Assembly: GCA_021773245.1 (NCBI GenBank) | Contig: JAJFKK010000124.1 | Coordinates: forward strand, 31,336-95,335 | From: Gammaproteobacteria bacterium | GTDB taxonomy: Bacteria > Pseudomonadota > Gammaproteobacteria > Eutrophobiales > Eutrophobiaceae | Direction: 5' to 3' | Length of the DNA stretch: 64,000 nucleotides | Part shown: positions 11,053 through 21,471 of the stretch, in pieces | Layout of the letters: every line of letters starts with the position of its first letter | How positions within the stretch are numbered: the stretch's first letter is position 1 | The notes under the pieces: generated by a model | What the model was told of the DNA's origin: nothing | Database searches by the model: none | The model's input: only the letters and a program-made list of their open reading frames with translations | Program-made: the position numbers and the translations under genes

Positions 11053-12036
11053 TTATGTCAGAGCTATGCTTTGCGAGAACAACACATATTGATATGCGAA
11101 AAAACAAAACAATAGTATGGCTCCTTCAGGTCGTACAAGTTTACCCTTGCTTGTGATGAATACCATAGCGCCTATCAATAAAGTTAAGCCAATCATGGTT
11201 GGAAAATCTCGGTGTAAAACTTCTTCGGCGAAATAATCAGGGTTAATTAAAGTTGGGATGCCTAATACGGCAAGCATATTAAACATATTTGAGCCGATAA
11301 TATTGCCCACAGCAATGTCGGCCTCGTTTTTCTTTAAACTAATAATAGAGGCTGCAAGTTCAGGTAGGCTTGTGCCGATTGCGACAATAGTTAAACCTAT
11401 AACGAGATCCGGGACACCAAAAAATTCGGCGATAGAGACAGCGCCTCGTACTAGCAGGTCTGCCCCGAGTAATAACAAGACAAGCCCAATTAACAATTTC
11501 ATTATTGCTTTGCCTAATGCGTCCGGTTTGTTTGATTCATCGGAAAATTCTTGAGCAAATTCGGTTAGGAGAGGGTCGTCAGCACTGCTTCGTTTTGCAA
11601 TCCAAGTAATCCAGCTAATGGAAATAACAAGTGAGGCGAGCAATATTGCTGCATCAATTCGGCTAAGGTGGCCGTCTAGCATTACCGCAAGAGCAATCAT
11701 GGTGGCAGCACACATTAGCCCGTATTCTTTTTTTAATGTATTTGATGCAATCGTTATGGGGAAGATGAGCACACTAAAACCAAGAACTAAGCCGATATTA
11801 GTAATGTTAGAGCCGAGTGCATTACCAATAGCAATGGAGGTTTTGCCTTGCCAGGCAGAAACTGAGCCGACAATAATTTCAGGCGCGGAAGTGGCAAACC
11901 CAACAATTGTTAATCCAATTATTAACGGCGGCATACCTAATTGACGGGCTATGTTCGAAGCGCCATCAACAAAAATATCGGCGCCATATATAAGAAGTGC
12001 AAAGCCAATAAGAACTAATAAACATGAAACCAGCAT
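11053..12036 (-). CDS. yrbG: Calcium/sodium antiporter (YrbG family)
   Basis: Alpha repeats TSAPE...GNALGSN and GTSLPE...GNIIGSN; upstream of kdsD. Confidence 0.9.
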   Translation of the reverse strand: MLVSCLLVLIGFALLIYGADIFVDGASNIARQLGMPPLIIGLTIVGFATSAPEIIVGSVSAWQGKTSIAIGNALGSNITNIGLVLGFSVLIFPITIASNTLKKEYGLMCAATMIALAVMLDGHLSRIDAAILLASLVISISWITWIAKRSSADDPLLTEFAQEFSDESNKPDALGKAIMKLLIGLVLLLLGADLLVRGAVSIAEFFGVPDLVIGLTIVAIGTSLPELAASIISLKKNEADIAVGNIIGSNMFNMLAVLGIPTLINPDYFAEEVLHRDFPTMIGLTLLIGAMVFITSKGKLVRPEGAILLFCFFAYQYVLFSQSIALT

Positions 12037-12159
12037 ATGCTAGCTATACTCCAATAAGAAAATTAACGAGATGATGCCAGAATAAGCGTGATCTGAGAAA
12101 TTTATAGTTATAGCCAAGATACTTAGGTTTTTACCTGAATCCGAAAAAATCATAGACTT

Positions 12160-12452
12160 CTAAGAGCCTGCTATTGTTTCATCTTTGTCTCTGTTGTCAT
12201 CGTAAAGGTGTCAATCACCAACAGTAGGCACTTTAGGCGAGGCGAGAGGAATGAGGTTTAGTCATTCTAAATGAATGACGAGCAACGTAGAGTGGCGCCT
12301 TTACGATGACAACCCGCAGGGCAGGGACTATTTTTGCACCCAGTGTCGTTGTCAATCACTCATGTAGAATACTACACTACGTTCTTTCCGCCTCACTGGG
12401 TGCAAAAATAGTCTCCAGCAGAGGTAAAGATGAAACAATAGCAGGCCCTGAG
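12160..12452. mobile_element. Composite palindromic MITE/RPE-like element (~293 bp)
   Basis: Perfect 21-bp terminal IR (12166-12186 / 12426-12446) enclosing a 16-bp stem (12193-12208 / 12298-12313) and a 20-bp stem (12326-12345 / 12394-12413). Confidence 0.75.
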
Positions 12453-12475
12453 TTAAACTAATTATTAGACTTTGA

Positions 12476-13459
12476 ATGTCCAAACGTTATGAATCCTTGA
12501 AACACTGGTTAAGTGAAATACTTGAGACTAGTGACTTTGAATTAAAACCGGCATCGGAAGATGCCAGCTTCCGATCTTATTATCGTCTTTTCCTACAAGA
12601 CAAAACATTTATTGTTATGGATGCGCCGCCGCCGCAAGAAGACTGCAAACCCTTTGTAAAAGTAACCAATGCACTACTCGCCTGCGAGACAAATGTGCCG
12701 ACGATTCATAATCTGGATTTAGATCAGGGGTTTTTGCTCTTAGATGATTTTGGTGATGATTTATATCTCGATAAGCTCAATTCATCATCAGCAAATAAAC
12801 TATATTCTGATGCGATATCAGCATTAGCCGAGTTTCAGATATTGGCAGAAGTAAAAGAGTTGGATGACTATAATGAGCCTTTGTTACGGCGTGAAATGAG
12901 GTTGTTTACGGAATGGTTATTAGGAAAACATCTAAAGGTTGAACTGAGTAATGCCCAAACTAATTCAATGGCTTTGTTGTTTGATACGCTAGTGGATAAT
13001 GCACAGCAACAACCGCAAACCTTTGTTCATCGAGACTTTCACTCCAGAAACCTAATGATTACCAAAGCGAATAATCCCGGTATCATTGATTATCAAGATG
13101 CTGTTAATGGTCCGATTAGTTATGACCTCGTGTCTTTATTAAAGGATTGTTATATTAAATGGTCTAAAAATGAAATTAATGGTTGGCTTGAATATTATCT
13201 GAATCAACTTTCGCAGCGTGGATTTGAAGTTGACCGCGAGCAATTTCAGCGTTGGTTTGATTTAATGGGTGTTCAGCGTCATTTAAAAGCCAGCGGTATT
13301 TTTGCGAGGCTGTCTCATCGAGATGGTAAGCATGAGTATTTAAAAGATGTTCCACGAACGCTTTCTTATATCATTGACCTGCAAGAGGATTACCAAGAGT
13401 TAGTCCCATTGTGTTTAATAATAGAAGAATTTGTTTTGCCAAAGCTTGAGGAAACATAA
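12476..13459 (+). CDS. amgK: MurNAc/GlcNAc anomeric kinase AmgK
   Basis: DASFRSYYR, HRDFHSRNLM, IDYQDA, QRHLKASGIFARL; followed by murU. Confidence 0.9.
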   Translation: MSKRYESLKHWLSEILETSDFELKPASEDASFRSYYRLFLQDKTFIVMDAPPPQEDCKPFVKVTNALLACETNVPTIHNLDLDQGFLLLDDFGDDLYLDKLNSSSANKLYSDAISALAEFQILAEVKELDDYNEPLLRREMRLFTEWLLGKHLKVELSNAQTNSMALLFDTLVDNAQQQPQTFVHRDFHSRNLMITKANNPGIIDYQDAVNGPISYDLVSLLKDCYIKWSKNEINGWLEYYLNQLSQRGFEVDREQFQRWFDLMGVQRHLKASGIFARLSHRDGKHEYLKDVPRTLSYIIDLQEDYQELVPLCLIIEEFVLPKLEET

Positions 13460-13463
13460 TTAA

Positions 13464-14126
13464 ATGCATGCAATGATTTTAGCTGCAGGGCGTGGTGAAC
13501 GAATGCGTCCTTTGACTGATAAGATTCCCAAGCCATTGTTAGAAGTTGCAGGTAAAGCGTTAATTGTTCATCAGGTAGAAGCGCTTGAATCTGCCGGTGT
13601 CAAAAATATTGTTATTAATACAGGCCATTTTGGCGAGCAAATTCAGTATGAGCTTGGTACCGGGGCAGCATTTGGCGTGGATATTCTCTATTCAGATGAA
13701 GGCGACAACATACTCGAAACAGCAGGCGGTATTATTAAAGCGTTGCCGTTATTAGGCGATGATCCCTTCATTGTTACTAATGCGGATATCTTTACTGATT
13801 TTAATTATCGATCTTTGCCTGAGGAGCCTGACTTTGATGCGCATCTCGTATTAGTGGATAACCCGCCACACAATCCGCAAGGTGATTTTGCTTTTGAAAA
13901 TGGTCGTATTATTGAACAAGGCAGCAAGAAATTAACTTATAGTGGTATCGCTGTTTTTTATCCGCACTTCTTCGAAAGTTCCAGTCCAGGTCGCGCTTCC
14001 CTTGCGCCTTTATTGCATCGCGCTATAAAAACTGGCGGATTAGGTGGCCAGCATTTCATGGGCATATGGAATGATATTGGCACGCCATCTCGCCTCAAGG
14101 AGATAAATGAAAATATAGCGAATTAA
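13464..14126 (+). CDS. murU: MurNAc-1-P uridylyltransferase MurU
   Basis: MILAAGRGERMRPLT...PKPLL, LETAGGI, WNDIGT. Confidence 0.9.
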   Translation: MHAMILAAGRGERMRPLTDKIPKPLLEVAGKALIVHQVEALESAGVKNIVINTGHFGEQIQYELGTGAAFGVDILYSDEGDNILETAGGIIKALPLLGDDPFIVTNADIFTDFNYRSLPEEPDFDAHLVLVDNPPHNPQGDFAFENGRIIEQGSKKLTYSGIAVFYPHFFESSSPGRASLAPLLHRAIKTGGLGGQHFMGIWNDIGTPSRLKEINENIAN

Positions 14127-14376
14127 GAAAGTAAGTGCCAACTTTCATTTTCAAGCCGGTTTTTCTAGATTGAATCTTTTTGTCGCATTCACTGTCTAAT
14201 TGTTGCGATGCAACATATAGCGTGATACGGTTCACACTATGATAAAGCTGGTTTCTATATATTGTAGTTCCAAATATTTATACCACTATATATAGAATAA
14301 GCGCGTTAAAGAGAGTATGATTCGCGCCAATTTCAGCCGTTTTGTCGTTAATTTAATACAATCCGATTTGAATTTA

Positions 14377-16563
14377 ATGAAAATTATTTGTTCGCATAAA
14401 TTTGGCTTAAGTTTAAGAGTCCTGCTCCTCGCATTAATTGCGCCAGCATCAATTCAGGCTAATGAAAAAATTGCGGACATTGATTTCTGTCAGGTGCCGG
14501 ATGCTGCTTATCAACAGCTGGATGTATCTGAAACTTATTCTTCACTAGAAAATCTTCACGACGTTAAAACAATTAATGAACGCGGCATGTTGCGTGTTTT
14601 GTTACATAAGAAAAAAAATGACTGCACTATTAGTCAGACAGAACAGCAACTCATTCAAGAATTTACAAATATTCATGACCTAGATCTGATCTGGATCTAT
14701 GTTGAAAACGATTGGGAGTTACTTCCAGAGCTGATAAAGGGTAACGGTGATATTATTGTTGCTCAGGATCAAAGTCTATCCGCGAGCATTGAAGATGAAG
14801 TCAATTTCAGTCATTCATGGGCTAATGCAACATACAAAGTGGTTGGTCGTGCTGATAACAGTCGAATTAGTCGTTTTGAAGATCTTTCTGGGCGCCAGGT
14901 TGTTGCATATAAAGACTCCCCTGTCTGGAATACCTTAGTTGAATTATCTGAGTCGCAAACGGGACTGGTTTTAAAAGAAATTCCATCGACGCTATCTTAT
15001 CTAGAAGTTATGGATCGTATTAAAACGGGAGAATATGACTTGGCAGTTGCTGATAGTCTTTTCCTTGATACGTTTTTACCTTTGAACACAGAGTTACAAG
15101 CGAGCTTTAGTTTATCGAATGAACGAAATATGGCTTGGGCAGTAAGAACAGACGATAAAGAATTACACAAAACATTAAATCAATATTTGAATCAACAACA
15201 TGTGACGCATGACGTTGCCAGCACCCATTTTGATGATCTTGCCTTAATAAAAGATAGAGGTGTGTTGCGCGTTATAACCAGCGGGAATCCATCACACTAT
15301 TATCTGGACGAAGGCAAGTTACGTGGGTTTGAATATGAATTGTTAAATGAATTTGCCTCAGAACACATGCTTCGTCTTGATGTTGTCTTAGCGAATTCAC
15401 AAGAAGAAATGTTCACATTACTTACAGAAGGCAAAGGTGATGTGATTGCTGCTTCTTTACCTGGCAGCTTGATTGCGGAAAAAGATTCAATCGAATATAG
15501 CGAAGCATATCATTATGCCAGTCCTGTAATCGTTGGTCGTGATACCGATAACGCGATAATCGACATCCGTGATTTAGCAGGAAGAAGAATAACATTAGCT
15601 GAAGATAGTCCGTATTGGGATTACATGATGCAACTTAAACAGCAAGGCATAGAGTTTGACTTAGTTAAGGCCGATACCGGTGTAAACATGGAAGGCGCAT
15701 TATTGATGATTGCCTTAGGCATGTATGATTTGACTGTTGTTGGAAACCATCAAGTCGAATCAGCATACACAAAAGGAATAGGTATAAGAACACAGCTTGT
15801 GCTGACAGAGCCACTAGCACATCGTTGGGCCGTAAGGACTGAAGATCAGCAATTAAATAATGCATTGAATGAATATATTGAACAAACATTTCGAAGTGAA
15901 AAATATAATGTGTTACATGCAAAATATTTTGAACAGGCAAAAATACTAAATAACAATGATAGAGTTACTACATTTAGTTCCTTGTCGCCTTATGATGAAT
16001 TAACTCAACGCTATGCCGATGAATATGGTTTTGACTGGCGTTTGATTACTGCCTTGATGTTTCAGGAAAGTCAGTTTGACCCACAAGCAACATCTTATGC
16101 TGGCGCAGAAGGGTTAATGCAATTAATTCCGGCAACAGCCGAATTCATGGGAGTTAGCGATACTCGTAATGTGGACAGCAGTATTAATGCTGGTATTCGT
16201 TATCTGGATTATTTAAGAGCTAAGTTTGAAGACACATTATTGTTGGAAGACCGTATGTGGTTTACGCTTGCTTCCTACAATGCCGGTTATGGTCGTGTGA
16301 AACGTGCGCGGATACTGGCAGAAGAAATGGGCCTAGATAAGAATCAGTGGTTTGATAATGTTGAATTAGCGATGATGAAGCTTGCTAAGCCGTATATAAA
16401 AAATGGTGAAGAAGTTCGTTATTGTCGTTGTGGCCAAACGGTTGTTTATGTTCGTGAAATACGCACACGTTATTTCAATTACATACGTTTAGTAGAAACA
16501 CAAATGATCGCAAGACTTTCTCCGTCGGAAAGAAAAACGAACTATATTAGATCTATAAACTAA
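14377..16563 (+). CDS. mltF: MltF-family lytic transglycosylase with two tandem solute-binding domains
   Basis: SBP3 repeats (INERGMLRV; IKDRGVLRV...GFEYEL) plus SLT motifs QESQFDP, GLMQ, ASYNAG; alternative start 14317. Confidence 0.8.
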   Translation: MKIICSHKFGLSLRVLLLALIAPASIQANEKIADIDFCQVPDAAYQQLDVSETYSSLENLHDVKTINERGMLRVLLHKKKNDCTISQTEQQLIQEFTNIHDLDLIWIYVENDWELLPELIKGNGDIIVAQDQSLSASIEDEVNFSHSWANATYKVVGRADNSRISRFEDLSGRQVVAYKDSPVWNTLVELSESQTGLVLKEIPSTLSYLEVMDRIKTGEYDLAVADSLFLDTFLPLNTELQASFSLSNERNMAWAVRTDDKELHKTLNQYLNQQHVTHDVASTHFDDLALIKDRGVLRVITSGNPSHYYLDEGKLRGFEYELLNEFASEHMLRLDVVLANSQEEMFTLLTEGKGDVIAASLPGSLIAEKDSIEYSEAYHYASPVIVGRDTDNAIIDIRDLAGRRITLAEDSPYWDYMMQLKQQGIEFDLVKADTGVNMEGALLMIALGMYDLTVVGNHQVESAYTKGIGIRTQLVLTEPLAHRWAVRTEDQQLNNALNEYIEQTFRSEKYNVLHAKYFEQAKILNNNDRVTTFSSLSPYDELTQRYADEYGFDWRLITALMFQESQFDPQATSYAGAEGLMQLIPATAEFMGVSDTRNVDSSINAGIRYLDYLRAKFEDTLLLEDRMWFTLASYNAGYGRVKRARILAEEMGLDKNQWFDNVELAMMKLAKPYIKNGEEVRYCRCGQTVVYVREIRTRYFNYIRLVETQMIARLSPSERKTNYIRSIN

Positions 16564-16589
16564 TTTTAGTTTTATAAACGCTACTAAAT

Positions 16590-16826
16590 CTATTCCGAAA
16601 GTAGTCTTAGTAAGCTTTGAGCGTGATTTGCCGCTACAAGCCCTCTGTCAGTAAGATAGCCGCCATCAACATGATCCGTTAAGCCTTTTTCAAAAAGCCG
16701 TGCAGCAGCATCAACAGTTTCTTTAGCAGCTTCGTGAGAATGAACTTTTAATCCACTAGCTGTTGAACCAAGATCAAATTGACTTAATAGTTTAATTTCT
16801 TCCATCTTTTCATTTGTATGATGCAT
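16590..16826 (-). CDS. TIGR02647-family small protein
   Basis: LLSQFDL...GLKVH...RLFEKGL...DGGYLT..G...HAQ. Confidence 0.8.
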   Translation of the reverse strand: MHHTNEKMEEIKLLSQFDLGSTASGLKVHSHEAAKETVDAAARLFEKGLTDHVDGGYLTDRGLVAANHAQSLLRLLSE

Positions 16827-16875
16827 AGTCTTTCCTCTTCTGAACTGATGAATGATGACATTATTTTATACTAAG

Positions 16876-17244
16876 TTATTCATTGTATGTTTCTAAATTA
16901 TTCGATTTTGTTTCAAATAAAGGGGTTCCTTCAGAATCGACAATGCAGCTATAAAATTCGAGGGAAAATCGATTTAACTCTGCCTCGTTATCTTGATCAT
17001 TTAAGTACTGACGCCAGTTACTGCTTTCCATGCAACCTTTAATCTGAGTCTTGACCGTAGTGATACATGTTTTGTTGTTATCGCCACAGAGTTTTATTAA
17101 GTCGTGTTCGAGTGTCTTTCTAAATGCAAATTCTTCAATTTGTTGTTCACTGCAGCCAAAAGTGAACAAGAAAATAAACAATAAAGATATTATTCCCATT
17201 GGTAACAGTATGTTATCTGGTCGCGGTTTCGTATATTTCTCCAC
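16876..17244 (-). CDS. Hypothetical lipoprotein
   Basis: Hydrophobic N-terminus with lipobox-like TFGC and four further Cys. Confidence 0.55.
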   Translation of the reverse strand: MEKYTKPRPDNILLPMGIISLLFIFLFTFGCSEQQIEEFAFRKTLEHDLIKLCGDNNKTCITTVKTQIKGCMESSNWRQYLNDQDNEAELNRFSLEFYSCIVDSEGTPLFETKSNNLETYNE

Positions 17245-17262
17245 TCTATTTCAATAATACTG

Positions 17263-17940
17263 TTATTTATAAAGTGTCGGATCAATTAATAGTGCAGCTT
17301 CAAATCCTTCTTTTCTAAAACGGCAGGAATCACAAACGCCGCAGGCTTTCCCTTCATCATCGGCTTGATAACAGGATACAGTTAATGCGTAATCTACATT
17401 AAGCGTGCTTCCTTTTTTTATGATATCTGCTTTGCTTAACTCAATGAGTGGCGTGTGTATTTTGAATGAAGCCCCTTCGACGCCTGCTTTTGTTGCTAAC
17501 GTCGCCAGCTGTTCATAGGCTTTAATATATTCGGGTCTGCAATCAGGATAGCCTGAATAATCAATCGCATTTACTCCGATAAAGATATCATTAGCATCAA
17601 TAACCTCTGCCCAAGCTAAAGCATAACTTAAAAATATAGTATTTCGTGCTGGCACATAGGTGACAGGAATCCCTTCAGAAGCTTCTTCAGGTACATCAAT
17701 AGAAGAATCTGTTAGTGCTGATCCACCAATTTGTCCCATATCAAGATGGATAGTTTTGTGATCAATGACATCAAATGATTCAGCTACTTTTATAGCCGCG
17801 TTTAATTCGCTTATATGTCGTTGCCCATAATCAAAGCTTAAGGCATAACAATCAAAGCCAAGATCTTTTGCGATGGCTAATGTAGTCGTTGAATCAAGTC
17901 CTCCTGAAACGAGAACGATAGCTTTGTTAAAATTGGTCAC
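17263..17940 (-). CDS. queC: 7-cyano-7-deazaguanine synthase
   Basis: SGGLDS, YVPARN, GYPDCR, CGVCDSC. Confidence 0.97.
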   Translation of the reverse strand: MTNFNKAIVLVSGGLDSTTTLAIAKDLGFDCYALSFDYGQRHISELNAAIKVAESFDVIDHKTIHLDMGQIGGSALTDSSIDVPEEASEGIPVTYVPARNTIFLSYALAWAEVIDANDIFIGVNAIDYSGYPDCRPEYIKAYEQLATLATKAGVEGASFKIHTPLIELSKADIIKKGSTLNVDYALTVSCYQADDEGKACGVCDSCRFRKEGFEAALLIDPTLYK

Positions 17941-17981
17941 GGTATTTAAAAATAATTAGTTTAAAGAAAAATAAATTTAAT

Positions 17982-18668
17982 TTATTTGCCGGGAACATTG
18001 CCCCACAAATATTTATGAAGTTGTACTTGCATACGAACATTCAAACGATCATCTAATATCCAATTAGCTAAGTCAGTTGAGTTTTGTGTTTCGTGTGCAG
18101 GTGAAAAAAGAACTTCACAATAGTCTGTTAATTTAAACTCGTTTAGTTTTTGTTTTGCCCATTCATAATCAGCTTGATTACAAATAACAAATTTTATCTG
18201 ATCGGTTTTATTCAGGTATTCAAGGTTTTCAAATTTGTTTTTAGCTTCTTCTTCTGAAGCGGGTGTTTTAATATCGACTATTTTCATGACACGTTCATCA
18301 ACATTAGCAATATCAATAGCGCCACTGGTCTCTAAAGAAACGTCATAACCTTCATCGCAAAGTCTGGCGAGTAATTCATGACAAGCACGTTGTGCTAATG
18401 GCTCGCCACCGGTGACGGTGACGTGTTTAGCACGATATTGGCTTACCTCTTGAATGATGTCGTTTATAGTGTTCTTTTCCCCTTCATGAAAAGCGTAGGC
18501 CGTATCGCAATACTGACAGCGAAGAGGGCAGCCTGTTAAACGAATGAAGATTGTTGGTAAACCAACCTTGGTGGATTCTCCCTGAAGAGAATAAAAAATT
18601 TCATTAATGCGTAACTCAGACGAAGTTTGATCTTGCGCTTTTGAGTCAGGTTGAGCGCCGGGTTTCAT
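17982..18668 (-). CDS. queE: 7-carboxy-7-deazaguanine synthase (radical SAM)
   Basis: EIFYSLQGE, CPLRCQYCDT, TGGEPL, QLHK. Confidence 0.96.
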   Translation of the reverse strand: MKPGAQPDSKAQDQTSSELRINEIFYSLQGESTKVGLPTIFIRLTGCPLRCQYCDTAYAFHEGEKNTINDIIQEVSQYRAKHVTVTGGEPLAQRACHELLARLCDEGYDVSLETSGAIDIANVDERVMKIVDIKTPASEEEAKNKFENLEYLNKTDQIKFVICNQADYEWAKQKLNEFKLTDYCEVLFSPAHETQNSTDLANWILDDRLNVRMQVQLHKYLWGNVPGK

Positions 18669-18669
18669 T

Positions 18670-19515
18670 TTAAGTGTTAGGTTCTTTTGCGGAACCTATC
18701 TTTCTTAAGCGATCATCAGCAAGTCGTGCTGCAGTCGTTCCAGGGTATTGTGTTTTTACTTCTTCTAGGGTTTTATGTGCATCATCGGCATTGCCCAACT
18801 CATCATAGCTATAACCAATTTTTAATAAGGCATGTGATGCTTTTTTGCTATTTGGAAAAGTATTTATCAATGCTTGATATTCATTAATTGCTAATTCGTA
18901 TTTTTGCAATACGTAGTTGGTTTCACCTAACCAATACTGTGCGTTATCACAGAAAGCACTATCTGGATAATCTTTTATAAAAGATTTAAACGCGACATGG
19001 GCTTGATCATACTGAGACTCTTTGAGCAATTTAAATGCTTTTTGATAAACAGCTTCAGCTTTTGCTGGATCGACAGGCTCCATATCAGTATTTTCTTCAG
19101 TTGCTATGGTTTCTTCTGTATCGGTTGTTGCTTCCTGACCACCTTCAGTTTCTGGTGTAGCAGGCTCATTATCATTGCTTGCAGCAGGTTTGTTTGACTC
19201 TATACGTTGTAGGCGTTTATCAACATCCGTATATAAATCACGTTGCTTATTTTTAAGCTGATCTATGGTATGTGTTTGTACTTCAATTTGGCCGCGTAGT
19301 GTACTTACTTCAACTTTTAATGACTCTAATAATTCAAGCATATCTAGTAGTGCTTTATTATTAAGCGACTTTTCTATTTTTGACAGACGTCCGTTAATGT
19401 CTTCGGTTATCGGTTCAAATACTGGAGCCTTGTCTTTATTTGTTTCTGTCTCTCCTGCCAATGCAGCATTAAAAATAAAAAAGCTAATTAAACAAAGTAA
19501 AAGTCGCATACACAT
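18670..19515 (-). CDS. cpoB: Tol-Pal system protein CpoB/YbgF
   Basis: Coiled coil LRGQIE...QRDLYTDVDKRL plus TPRs (NAQYWLGE); follows pal. Confidence 0.93.
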   Translation of the reverse strand: MCMRLLLCLISFFIFNAALAGETETNKDKAPVFEPITEDINGRLSKIEKSLNNKALLDMLELLESLKVEVSTLRGQIEVQTHTIDQLKNKQRDLYTDVDKRLQRIESNKPAASNDNEPATPETEGGQEATTDTEETIATEENTDMEPVDPAKAEAVYQKAFKLLKESQYDQAHVAFKSFIKDYPDSAFCDNAQYWLGETNYVLQKYELAINEYQALINTFPNSKKASHALLKIGYSYDELGNADDAHKTLEEVKTQYPGTTAARLADDRLRKIGSAKEPNT

Positions 19516-19531
19516 AAGCCATCAATAATTA

Positions 19532-20071
19532 TTAATATAAAATCTCAACCCGTCGATTTTGTTGCCAGGAAGATTCATCATGTCCATCAATTGCAGGTCG
19601 TTCTTCACCATAGCTGACTAATCTAATTTGGCTTGAAGATGCCCCTAATATCAACATTTGCTGTTTGACTGCTTGAGCACGACTTTCACCGAGCGCCAGA
19701 TTATATTCACGTGATCCACGTTCATCCGCATGCCCTTCTAGTGTAATAGTTGTTGAAGGGTTTTGGCTTAGATAAGCTGCATGTGCCTCAATAGCTGAGC
19801 GATATTCGGAACTTATTTCGTTACTATTGTATTCGAAATAAATGATACGAATTGATAAGGCACTTTGTGGATCGTCAAGTGCATCAAAACCAGAAGTTGA
19901 GTTGTCATCAGTACCATAAGCCTGAGCGCCACTCTCATCAGTTACGTTGACATTGGCGGCATTGCTACTGAGGTCTTCTACAGTTACAGGTTCTTCTTCT
20001 TTAACTTGCTCGTTGCTACAGCCAAAAAGTAGGCCAGCTAAACTTACAACTAATAATAAGCGGATAGACAT
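19532..20071 (-). CDS. pal: Peptidoglycan-associated lipoprotein
   Basis: Lipobox LFGC, EGHADERGSREYNLALG, SYGEERP, NRRV. Confidence 0.97.
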   Translation of the reverse strand: MSIRLLLVVSLAGLLFGCSNEQVKEEEPVTVEDLSSNAANVNVTDESGAQAYGTDDNSTSGFDALDDPQSALSIRIIYFEYNSNEISSEYRSAIEAHAAYLSQNPSTTITLEGHADERGSREYNLALGESRAQAVKQQMLILGASSSQIRLVSYGEERPAIDGHDESSWQQNRRVEILY

Positions 20072-20149
20072 ATTTTTTCTCCTTCCCAGTCTTAATATAG
20101 ACTGCTAATTAAACAGCATAACATTCAAAAGCCAGCATTATAAAGTGGC

Positions 20150-21445
20150 TTATTTTAAAAAAGGCCCCCACGCGGGTTCGCGCACATCACCTTGTTGTAA
20201 ACCTAGTCGTTGATGAATACGGCCATCAGTCGATACAGCGGCAAGCTGACCGCCACGGACACCTGTGGTTGCATAAATGACCATGCCGCCGTTTGGTGCA
20301 AAACTGGGGGACTCATCCAACCTTGCATCTGTTAATACATCAATAGAGCCATTGGCAAGATTAAGTATTCCGATACGATATGAGCCAGAAACAGCATGAA
20401 CCAAGGTTATTGATTTACCATCGGGAGAATATTCGGGGCGGGCATTATATTTCCCTTCAAAACTAATACGTTTAGGATCGCCACCATTGACACTGACTTC
20501 ATAAATTTGTGGTCCGCCACTGCGGTCAGACGTAAATGCTAATTTTTGTCCACTGGGTGACCAGCTTGGTTCGGTATCAATGCCGCCGTGGCGGGTAATA
20601 CGCTGTAATGACTTATCATTAAGACTCATTATATAAATTTCGGTATTACCATCTTTAGATAAAGTCAAAGCCAAACGTGAGCCATCCGGCGACCAATCTG
20701 GCGAACTGTTAATCCCAGCAAATGAAGATACTAGCTCGCGTTGACCGGTTAAAATGTTTTGCACATAAATAGCTGAGTTTTTTCCTTCGAAAGAAACATA
20801 GGCAATTTTTTTACCATCTGGAGACCAAGATGGAGAAAGCAGAGGTTCTGCTGATTCCAGCAATATTTGTGCATTGTAGCCATCCGCGTCTGCAATTTGC
20901 AGGGAATGGACTTTTTTATTCTTAATCTTGTTAACTGTTATGTAAGCAACGCGGGTATCAAAGGCGCCAGGTATTCCTACAAGCTTTTCAAAAATGATGT
21001 CACTAATTTGATGAGCAACGCGACGAAGTAAATCCGGCTTGGCAGGTATGCGAAAACCAGCAATCTGTTTTCCTCGATAAATATCAACCAGACGAAAACT
21101 GACTTCATAATCGCCAGCATCCGTCAGGTTTAGTTTACCGATCAGGATGTTTTCCATGCCTAGCTTACGCCAGTCACCAAAATTAATACTGTCATATTCA
21201 CTTGGTCGTTGTGGTAAATCTGCTTCGTCCATAACATCAAAGCGGCCACTGCGTTGCAGGTCATTGCTAATAATCGATGTTAAGTCGATTGGCGCCACAC
21301 TGCTGGCTTGTGACCAGCCAAACGGTACGATGGCAATTGGTAAGGACTGCTCTATTCCTTGTGTTATTTTTATGTCGAGAACAGCTTGAGCTTGCAGCGA
21401 GACAAGTAACAAGCTGGCAATCATTAATTTAAATAAAACTTTCAT
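20150..21445 (-). CDS. tolB: TolB
   Basis: PD40 repeats (PSWSPDG), FTSDRSGGPQIY. Confidence 0.97.
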   Translation of the reverse strand: MKVLFKLMIASLLLVSLQAQAVLDIKITQGIEQSLPIAIVPFGWSQASSVAPIDLTSIISNDLQRSGRFDVMDEADLPQRPSEYDSINFGDWRKLGMENILIGKLNLTDAGDYEVSFRLVDIYRGKQIAGFRIPAKPDLLRRVAHQISDIIFEKLVGIPGAFDTRVAYITVNKIKNKKVHSLQIADADGYNAQILLESAEPLLSPSWSPDGKKIAYVSFEGKNSAIYVQNILTGQRELVSSFAGINSSPDWSPDGSRLALTLSKDGNTEIYIMSLNDKSLQRITRHGGIDTEPSWSPSGQKLAFTSDRSGGPQIYEVSVNGGDPKRISFEGKYNARPEYSPDGKSITLVHAVSGSYRIGILNLANGSIDVLTDARLDESPSFAPNGGMVIYATTGVRGGQLAAVSTDGRIHQRLGLQQGDVREPAWGPFLK

Positions 21446-21471
21446 GTGATGTTCTATCCTAACCTTCTATC

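Noticed and set aside
14126..14142. Minus-strand TTGGCAC as a possible sigma54 promoter
   Set aside because: The -12 element reads TTCT rather than TTGC and it points antisense into murU
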